NCBI GenBank assembly: GCA_027604505.1
Contig: JADIIX010000093.1
Coordinates: 62,001-88,752 of the forward strand
DNA from: Gonapodya sp. JEL0774
Lineage: Eukaryota
Length of the DNA: 26,752 bases
Direction of reading: 5' to 3'
Positions 1-9,169 of the stretch are shown one piece after another. The notes beneath the pieces were generated by a model that was not told where the DNA came from, did no database searches, and saw only the letters and a list, made by a program, of their open reading frames with translations. Every line of letters begins with the position of its first letter. Position 1 is the stretch's first letter. A program made the position numbers and the translations under genes.

Positions 1-97
1 TAACCAAATGAGAGATTGTATCAGTACTGACCAATTCTAGAGAGCTACCGGATCTATCACTGCATAACAAGGTTCCGTCCGAACGTCCCGACCCAAG

Positions 98-898
98 TTA
101 TAGCTTGCTGGCGCTGTTCTTCAACTTCTCTCCATCATGAACTTCTTCGAATCCCACAAATGTAGTACACTCATCAACTGATTTCCGCTTTGACACAACA
201 GCGTTTGCTGGGAATCGCTCATCAGGCCATCCCATCGCGACACAAATCATGACCACCTGGTCATCAGGAATTTTGGCAAACTCTCGCACCACAGGTGTCT
301 GCATGATTCCTTGTGAGTTGATAACACATCCGAGTCCTCGCGACCAGGCAGCGTTGACAAGTGCATTGACAATCGCACCGCAATCGAATGGCCCAATATC
401 ACCACCAAGGATGGACCGATCGTACGTCACCACGATCTGTATCGCAACCATGTGAAATGAGGAGAAAGTGTTTGGCACGGGTCGAGAACACAAGTAGACA
501 TTACTTACCGAAACTGGGGCGTCAAACTGTCGAAAACCTCTGAGCACCCAGTCCAACCTCTTTTTGCTATCATTTCTGGGGATATCCATAGCGGCAAATA
601 GCTGCTTCGCTATTTCGATCTGACGTTCCCGGTGTACGCCTGTGTACTCCCCGTGAGATCGCGGTTCGCGACTTGCGGGAACACCAGCGAGGTTTCTCCT
701 GGTGTTCTCGGCACGGATCGCATCAAGAGGCGCTCCCGATACAACGAAAAAGTTGCAAGGCTGGGTATTGAGCGAAGAAGGCGCCCGGAGGGCAAGTGCG
801 ATAACATCACGAATCACTTCGCGAGGAACGGGTTTGGGAAGGAAACCGCGAATCGATCTGCGGCCGAGGACCACCTCATCGTATGGAATCGAAGACAT
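98..898 (-). CDS. FMN-dependent nitroreductase family protein, bacterial-like; 2 exons (898-509, 436-98), about 242 aa spliced
   Basis: N-terminal RRSIRGF FMN-binding motif, APSSLNTQP, and the DCG...AWSRGLG...INSQG and AMGWPD motifs. Removing 437-508 (GTAAGT...CAG, 72 bp) joins FRQFDAPVS to IVVTYDR, restoring the family-like sequence. Confidence 0.9.
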   Translation of the reverse strand: MSSIPYDEVVLGRRSIRGFLPKPVPREVIRDVIALALRAPSSLNTQPCNFFVVSGAPLDAIRAENTRRNLAGVPASREPRSHGEYTGVHRERQIEIAKQLFAAMDIPRNDSKKRLDWVLRGFRQFDAPVSVSNVYLCSRPVPNTFSSFHMVAIQIVVTYDRSILGGDIGPFDCGAIVNALVNAAWSRGLGCVINSQGIMQTPVVREFAKIPDDQVVMICVAMGWPDERFPANAVVSKRKSVDECTTFVGFEEVHDGEKLKNSASKL

Positions 899-1412
899 GG
901 TAACGCAGGTTGTGAGCGCGGGCGAAGATAAGATGGAGAATACTGCAAAGTATTGGGATTGTCAGGTATTCCGAACCGTTTCGCTTTCCGGAAACGTTGG
1001 ATCGGGTTCTCAATCCCGCCTTCATCTCACCTTCGAGTTTGAAATGCTAGACGGAATATGGTCAACCACTCAAAGGTTAAAAGCTCTTCAGGATCGGCGA
1101 TTCCCGAGATATTATAAGATGGTCAACAATTGCAACATTCAACAGTACGTGCCGATGATGCCGAACACCATCACACCATCATGTTTAGAACATTTAATGT
1201 TATCGTAGACATGATTTCGACAATTACATGAGAAATTTCAAGGTACTCCATAACCATGTCCGATACAACACCATCCCGATGTCGTCCCTTGCCCCGAACG
1301 AGCATCCAAAGCTCTTGTCCCCACCTTTCCGATAAGCGTTTACCCGTGCAGTACACCGATCCATTGTGTTCCAATTACTCGCCATTGGGATCAATCCAGT
1401 TTACTTATGAAT

Positions 1413-4336
1413 TCACCGGGGTCCCTCCACCGCCCCCTTCAGTTTCCGATAGGCCTCATCACTGATTTCACCTTTCGCTAACATGTCGTCCAAAACCACG
1501 TCAGGCAAACCTAGAAGGAAAATACCAAGCCAATTTAGCGTTACTTGTATCGCATTACAGAGCAGGTAGAACGTCCATACAAATGACGTAAGCGCAAAAT
1601 ACTTACTCAACGGCGCACCATTTCCACCTCCCGCTCTCCATCCGGTTCCTGTACTGGTGGAACTAACCGCCCGCGAGTCCAGAACTCTCGTCCCTGCCAG
1701 AGCAGACTTAGTCAAGCTCACACTCCTGGCGCCGATCATGGAAGATGAGAGCATTGGAGAATAGCCGGGCCGGGAGCTAGGCGGGCCAGCGACGTTGTAA
1801 ATCGTGGATGGGCCGGTGAGCCCGCTGGAAGGCGGTGGCCGGTTGCCATATTGCCCAACAGGGCCGTTGGGTGCAGTGGATGGTTGGAGGATGACGAAGG
1901 GGAGGTTACCGAGTTGGAGGGTAGTCAGGTTCGTCGCTAACATTTGTGGAATTCCTCATGGTTAAAATACTGGCGCAATCTAGCAGAAAGAAAACTTACC
2001 AATACACCAGCCGTCCCTATACAATAACCATACATATATCGCTTCCCCTGGTGTCACCGCCACTTCATCTCCGTTCTCAGGCTGCCACGATTCTACAGCC
2101 ACGTAGTATGCTCCAACCTGCACGGTACTCTCGTCAGGTCTTCCACCGAGCGCTACGTATCCGGGATCTGGGGGAGGGCCTCCATCAGAAGCAGAAGAAG
2201 AGGACCACACATATGCCGAAGCTCCTCCGGGTGCAGCAGTGGCGCCGGATGGCGGAGGAGCCAACGCTCCAAAATCAACACGCGAAGTGGGTGCAACTGT
2301 ACTGGTAGGGTAATTGGATGGCGGTGCACCATACACGGGACTTGGTGGTCTCACATTGCCTTGGTTGTACTGGCCCTGATTCTGTAAATGAGAAGGCAAA
2401 CGACCAGAGGATGTAGGCGGCACGAGGCGGCCGGAATTGGTCATCGTGGCATTCGTTGAACCAGATCGGCGGTGATAATCCTTGCCCTCGTTTGAAGGTG
2501 GTCGGAATGCAGTCGCGTACGTTTGAGGATTAGAATGCCCACTTGTGGGTCGGCTCGAACCGCCAGGGGACCCGGACCCGCCGGCGTACCCATGATGGTC
2601 TGTGCGTTTGTAGTCTCCGTAACGGTCTCGGGGATCACGATCTTGCTTTCGTCGTCTGTAGAGGAAGAAGCCAACTCCGACAAGCAGGAAGGCCAGGGCG
2701 GCAGCGCCGCCAATGGCACCCCCAAGAACACCGGATGATACACCGCCAGTCGCCTTGTCATTCTCGGCAGATGGTGAGGCTGAGGTTGATGCAGACACAG
2801 CAGGGCTTAAGGACGAAGACGCAGCCGTGGTAGTCGAAGACAGCGCGGCAGGTGATGAGGAGGTAGCAGCCATCACAGTTGACGTCGTGACTGTGGTGGT
2901 GGAAACTTCCGTCGGAATTGTGGTAGTAGCAGTCGTATTGCAAGTCGTGCGGTACGGCGACGCATCGCCTAGACACGTGGAGACGGACACAGGTGTATAA
3001 CCCGCCGCCGTAAGCCTTGCAAAAGTCGCGGAGGCGCCTGCGACAGCACATGCTGCGTTACTCGCATCTGATAGCCATAAAACGCCGCCCCTGGCATCCC
3101 CTGTACCGTAGGTCTTGATCTGATCCTGCAGGGTGGTGTTGAATGCGCTAGTGCAGGCGGCTGTAGTGGCGGCAGTGCCCGAGAGAGAGTTACCAGTTGA
3201 GGTCAAATCGAACGCAACGCCGAGAGTGGAGTAACCCATGGAGGCGGCGACAGCCTGGATATCGGAGGTCACAATTTGGCCGGGGAGGATCAGATCTGAA
3301 GGATCCGGAACGGGGATGGTTGTTAGAGTAGCGGGGCATCAAAAAACGGAACAGCAAAATATGATAGCAGTAAAGGTGTTCCGTACTTAAAGCAGCGATC
3401 TACTATTCCAGGATCCCCGCATCTCAGTAACTTCACTCGCGTCCAGTGTCACTGCATGTGAGCACCTTCCCTCGATTCCTTCATCGCATCTGCTAGGAAC
3501 CCAGTCGAAACATCCTTCAATTGCCATCTTGATGAGTAGATAACTCACATTTTGGCACTTTCCCTGTTGCCTGTTGGATCAATCTACACTCCGCTTGCAG
3601 TTCAGTTTGAATCTGAGCAGTTGAATATGTCCCTAGGTCGTTGTCCACTGTGGTGCGCCAACGTTGTCCAATGAAGGCACCAGCAGTAGAGACAGCAGAA
3701 AGGTTTGCCACGTAAGACTGTGCAATACGGCAGAAGTGCAGTTAAGCTCCATCTAAACAGAAACCCACCATTGCGTGGTGGGTCTCGTCCACGCAATATC
3801 CCTCCCTTTACTCACTGTGGTTCCAAAAGTTCCAGTATTCGGGAAGAAACTCATAGCCGAAGCTGCAACACCAGCAGCAGAGGGGATCGATGCAGTGTAC
3901 TGCGAGGGCCCGTACAAGTATACGACCGCCATTTGGGTGGGACTGTCGAGCGGGGGATGGAGGGTCGGAAGCAGGGAGGTTACCAAAAAGTTTTGGTTGC
4001 TACTGCGCGTAAACAACATAACTGACTCTGTACAATAGATTGGGTACTTGGTGGTGTCGGCTGGTCACAGAAAGGTTGCAAGGTTGCGTGCGTCCGTCAG
4101 ATATTCGCGAGGGTCAAAAGAACGAAAGATGCGAGCACTTTACTTCAACCACACCGGTCAGAAACATAACGGGCGTCTGCTCGACTTTTGACCTTGTCTC
4201 GTTACTTTGAAACCTCCTCTGTCGTCCCATGCCCCCAAAGAGACGCTTTATTCAACACACCGTAACCAGTCTGTCCAGCCACTGTCGCCACCCCGAACGC
4301 TACAAGGGCCGCTGCGGCTAGTGCCGGGACAACCAT
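1413..4336 (-). CDS. Type I membrane protein: signal peptide, degenerate CE4/NodB polysaccharide deacetylase-like domain, Ser/Thr stalk, TM, Pro/Gly-rich linker, SH3, SHOCT-like tail
   Basis: ATG at 4336 begins a hydrophobic signal (MVVPALAAAALVAFGVATVAG). Introns at 3718-3815, 3296-3548, 1937-1999 and 1511-1606 are all GT..AG. The spliced product follows the NodB pattern (MAVVYLYGPSQYT..SFFPN..DLGTYSTAQIQTEL..ATGKVPKY..MGY..GGVLWLSD..AGYTPVSVSTCLGD). TM is GVLGGAIGGAAALAFLLVGVGFFLY followed by RRRK. SH3 is YYVAVESWQPENGDEVAVTPGEAIYVWLLYRDGWCIATNLTTLQLGNLP. The 5' exon boundaries (about 3940-4260) are uncertain. Confidence 0.75.
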
Positions 4337-5089
4337 TTTCCGTTTCCGAATCGTTGTCTTTGAACGTATGCGTGGTCGCAGTGGACTGTTCATTTCCTAA
4401 TGGAGGCCCCGTTTCGAATTTTGTTCATGCGGTGCAAGACGAGTTTGAGGGTCCACACCTCTGTGCAGCCGCAGCGTAAAATGCAAATGTTTTCTCGGGA
4501 CTATTCCCATGTACAGAAATCTCTGATATTAGCAGACATATGATTATCTGATGTAGTACAAATTCGCTGATTGGCTCCGTTCGATGGAAGAGTCGAATGA
4601 ATGAGGGTTTTCATTTCGAAAAACCAACAGCACGCATCATACATCTGTCGGACATCTTTCTAGGACATAATCTATCACGAGATTGCTATTTGTGTCTTCG
4701 TTCTCTCCCCTCAGACCCTTCCCGGGCTCTGGCGCCGAAGCCGATCAAGCCCCGCCTCGTGCTCATGCATCATGACACATTATCGCAAAAATCAAGGTTA
4801 AATCGGGGAGAATGCCCAGTTCTGGCAATTGGGAGTTAACCAGGCAAGCTCTCGTGTAGGTTATTCTCGCGCGGCTCCCCCTAGTTGATCATGGTACAAG
4901 CAATTCTGAAGACGATGCATGTGTGGTACGCATCCTGCAACCGCTCCAGATAGTGCTGACTGCAGCTAAGCATTGATGAGATAGATTGAGCTAGCTCTCA
5001 AGAGTCATATCCACATGACACATGTGGATTGACCTAGTAGTGATCATCTCTCCTTCTGTGTCTTCATAAAAGGATCTACCGCCATTTAA

Positions 5090-5470
5090 TCAAAAGTCGC
5101 CAGTTCAAATTCTCTTCCCTCTTCATCTTCATCGTCTGGAACGTTTGCGATCAACTGCAGATCCTCGAGTACATGCCCGTTCACCCCTCGGACCAACAAG
5201 AGCTCCACCACGTCCTCCCTCCAACGGCCGCGTGCATTGACGAGTGCTTCGTCGTCACCTGCGTGCACTGCTTCAAAGCATCTACTCAGTGGGGCCGCGC
5301 GAAGTGCCCCGACTTGTCCTGCATGAATGTCTGCGCCCGGTCCAAGAGGAGATCAAGAACTCCAACATGGCGATACTGGACGGCATTGACGAGTTGCACT
5401 GCAGTACTTCAATCCCATGTCCGATCCAAGCCCACATGAATTCATATTCAAGCTTCCGGTTCCACAAGCG
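5090..5470 (+). mobile_element. Decayed, frameshifted coding remnant; possible KDZ (Kyakuja-Dileera-Zisupton)-type transposase C-terminal fragment
   Basis: One frame reads FIVWNVCDQL...FVVTCVHCFKASTQWGRAKCPD. It then shifts frame near 5335 to EEIKNSNMAILDGIDEL...HMNSYSSFRFH. The spacing loosely recalls the YDxxC...VDxFHFxxH..WC...C.P...NT...EQ...HMN pattern as I remember it. Only a weak resemblance. Confidence 0.3.
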
Positions 5471-5498
5471 AGAGCACAAACAATCAGAATATTAGGTT

Positions 5499-8400
5499 TC
5501 AGTTAGTGACAACAACCGGAGTGGACGCAGAGCCCATATCGTATTCACCAATAGTAACTCCCCTCTTGATCTTACCCCAACCGACCAACCTAAAGGAATG
5601 GAATGAGATCAAACGGATTAATTTTTCGCTGTAGTTCCATCTTTGGGTCGCGATCGGCCGCGAACAAGCAATATCCTCCTCCACAACGAGATACCCACCG
5701 CCAATGTTTGTCGATACGTCGGCATAGCGCAATTGTTTCGTTGACTTCGGTGCAAGTGGTACTAGTCATAGTGGTACTAGTCACACAATCTTCGCAAGAT
5801 TTGCCTTGACGGATACAACGCGACCACCGGTAGCTGTAGAGCCGATGTTGACCATGAGGATCTCGACCTTTGCGAGTTTCTCAATCTGCCGCAAAATTCA
5901 AGAGGAATGTGGACATTAAGATCAGGCATTGAATTTGATAAAATCAGATTTTGCACAGGTATGGACACGTGATGTGTAGAGCATCAAGAGGCCAGAGCAA
6001 AGATTCGGGCAACGGCGATATTCCCCATTGCAACATGCGCTGAAGGACATCGCATACATGGGGTCATCTCTTCAGTCTATAATACTCACCTTGGTCTGTT
6101 TCTATCATCTATCGTCTTGACACCAAGCAATCTTCTGAGCAGGAAGTACTTGATTTCCAGTTCCGTGTAGAATTACGGTGACTGTCCCACAGCCCCAAGA
6201 ACTTGGCCGACGAGACGGTCAGAACGGTCGAATGTGGGTTCGGTTTTGGTACCGACACCTGTGCGGAAGCAGTGGGGAAAAACGTGCACCGGTTTCACAA
6301 TCTCATCCGGTGGGTGACCACGCGTCATTGCAGCACACGTACCAATCAAGCCACCAGAAACAGCGTATTTCAAATCATTCGTTTCGGCCAGTAAGCTCTG
6401 AATCCTCGAGAAAATCGGCCTGCACTTTATCCTTCCCTCCCCGTCCTTGCTTACAATCCCTGGCCGGACTTCAATCTCATCGCCCACCCTCAGCACCCCT
6501 TGCAGAATGGATCCACCGGCCACACCACCCTTCAGGTCCGCCACCTCAGAACCAGACTTGTTGATGTCAAACGACCGGATAACGATGAGGCGTGGGGTAT
6601 CTGCAAAGCTTCGAGGGGGCACTGGGATCTTCGTACAGATATACCCAGCGATAACATCGATGATGTACTTGAGTTGCGCAGAAATGGGAATGATGGGTGC
6701 GCCGTCAGCGAGAGTGTCTTGAAGAATACATCGAAACGGGAGTGCAAGAGAGAACCAACAGAAAGTGTTGGAGATGTTATGAATCACAAAATTTGATGAA
6801 CGTCCATTGACAGCCCCACATGCGACTTCCTGGCTGCAGCAGTTTTCAGTCGCTCCACGTGCGGCAAAGCAATCCAAATAGAAGAGACACCAAAAACGTT
6901 TCACAAACATAGCCCTCGTCATTCAAAGAGCTCGCTTCGTTACAGCTCTGTTCTTGAAGTTCCTCCGCGCACTCCTTTCCGCCACATCTTAACCCCACCC
7001 CCTTTATCTTTATAGGCGTACGTACCCTTGACAAACTCTAAAATCTGCTGTTTTTGCATAATTGCCGCCTCCTCCTTGACCAAATCTATCTTGTTCTGTA
7101 CCACAATCACATTCTTGAGTTTCATAATCTGGATGGCCGCGAGATGTTCTGAGGTTTGGGGTTGGGGACCAGACGCGTTGGCTGCCACGACCAAGAGTGC
7201 AGCGTCCATGACCGCGGCGCCGTTGAGCACTGTAGCCGTGAGAATGTCGTGGCCCGGACAGTCGACGAAAGAGACGAGGCTGGGGTTTGAGGTGCAATTT
7301 AATGTTCAATATCCGCACGAAACATGGAGCGCATCGGTGCATGAACCACAAAACCAGGGAACCTTGAAGACTGCCGACGATAACAACCAAAGTAAGGAGC
7401 CTCCCTAAAGCTTGTTCGAAACGCGCCCAATTAGGATTGCAATACCCACCGTACCAAGATCATTCTGCCTTCATAGGTCACCTTTTCGCACGGAAAGCCC
7501 TCGGGTTGACTGCTGTGAGCAGATTTGTAGCTGCCGGGACGAGGGCACTGGGTTGGAGCATTTGAAGATCTAAAATGGTTTCGGGTTGAAACTAGTACGC
7601 TTGAGGATTTGTGGAACTTCGCAGGTGTTTCTCCCAAAACGCATGCACGATTTCGGAAACTGCATCGGTCTAAACATGGAAGAGGGTCCGGTGATTTCTT
7701 ATATTCCGATAATGCGCGGTTGTTGTCCGGTATCTCAATGCCTTCGCCGATGCAACACGCGCGTCAATTTCACTTACTTGCTTGCATCTCGCTCATGGTA
7801 TCGTCAAACCGGAGGGAGATATCTCACCGACCTTGGCGTTAGCGTATCCCAATTTGATGGTGATGTTTGTCTCCAATTCGTTCTTGAACCTGACTGTCTG
7901 CACACCGGAAATAGCCTTAACGACCGTGAATTTGCCGTGAGCGACATGACCAATCGTGTCTGTAGATTATTGGGGTGATTTTTGCGGATTTGATAAGTTT
8001 GTTCGTGCAGTCGAGCAATGATGGAGGGATAGGAAAAAGATGTCACCGCGTCAGATATCACATAAATTCGCACATATGACCGATGGCGCTCGAACCAGTC
8101 TTGCTTGAGTGTTCTTCCCGTCGATCTGCCCACTTGCCCGATGAAAAACTGTTCACTCTCTAACAGGGTGACCACAGGGCCCATCAAGCGCTGTGAACTC
8201 ATCCAGTCACGTGCGATAGCTTTTCTCCACGTCCACCTCAGTTCCTCGCAAGATCATCCACTCTTTCTGTGTGTTACAACAAATTACCCATATTCTTTCT
8301 CGCCACGGACTAAAGATGTCCAACTCGCCTTTTACCACTCGCTGGACTCTGGGAATACATTCTCTTGCCACTTTCATGGTTCGCTCTTGGCCGCGCCTCT

Positions 8401-8540
8401 TGCAAGTTTCTCTACTCACTAATATTTATCGTAGCCTGTCTGTGAATGACCTCCGGGCTGAGAGGATTAAGCTGCGTTGGATCGATGTCATCTGGCTGCT
8501 CGGGAAGCACAAACGGCTGAAGGGTTTTATTGGAGGTCAT
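5499..8540 (-). pseudogene. GCD11: Unprocessed pseudogene of translation initiation factor eIF2 gamma subunit; exons about 8540-8420, 7959-7832, 7569-7450, 7279-7026, 6717-6343, 6258-6090, 5885-5699, 5589-5499
   Basis: Clear eIF2-gamma motifs: [86 protein letters not shown]. Lesions include a frameshift near 7550, an in-frame TAA at 6173-6175, frameshifts near 6100 and 5785, GKST changed to GKFT, and many changes at normally invariant residues. Confidence 0.9.
5755..5784. repeat. 15-bp tandem duplication AGTGGTACTAGTCA(T/C) x2 inside exon 7 of the eIF2-gamma pseudogene
   Basis: Directly visible: agtggtactagtcat agtggtactagtcac. Confidence 0.9.
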
Positions 8541-9169
8541 GGTTTTTATTGGTTGCAATTGCCAATGGGAGTGTTTTATACCCTGGCTGGGCAAGCTTCC
8601 TGGCACGATGACTCTGCATCACTACACGTTTGAACTGCAGGTAAAATAATTGTGCCATATTACTAGACCTGACTGCTATGGGTGTAATTTCCGCCAATGG
8701 CAATACAGGGATCAACTGAGCACCAAGGAGAAACAGCTCTCCATTTGAAATACACAAAGATAAGGATTCTCCAAAATTGCATCACCGCAATTCGATTCGA
8801 TGGGTTATTATGTATGTAACAGCCCATTTGACACGCCAACTCTAATTGTGCAAGGTGGTGAGCCCCCCGCACATAGTTACGCGTTCCCGGCAATACCGCA
8901 ACACCAGTTTAAATCAGTTCGGTAGAATCTGTCTCGTCTTAGCATCGACCCGCGGAGCGTGACTGTTATCCAGTACCAGGCTGCCTTCACTGCCGCAAAA
9001 CTGTTCGTGACTTTCCTTCGAACAACCACACCCTCATGTGTTTTTCCAACATAATCCCCTCTCCCTTTCTTACACACCACAGCATCGGCAACTCCCACTG
9101 CATTTGAGGCTCTCTCAATCTTGCTCATTTCCTTACACTCTCCGAAACTTGTTTCATTCTACCATCGGG

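Noticed and set aside
702..1465. ORFs 702-1208 (+), 1171-1374 (-) and 1256-1465 (+)
   Set aside because: They are antisense to or between real genes and show no recognisable motifs, so they are probably spurious.
5790..5970. Plus-strand reading KICLDGY...C resembling a RING start
   Set aside because: It is the antisense of eIF2-gamma pseudogene exon 7, which fully explains the sequence.
6173..6922. 249-aa ORF as a standalone functional gene
   Set aside because: It is intron 4 read-through plus exon 5, intron 5 and part of exon 6 of the pseudogene, ending at a premature stop.
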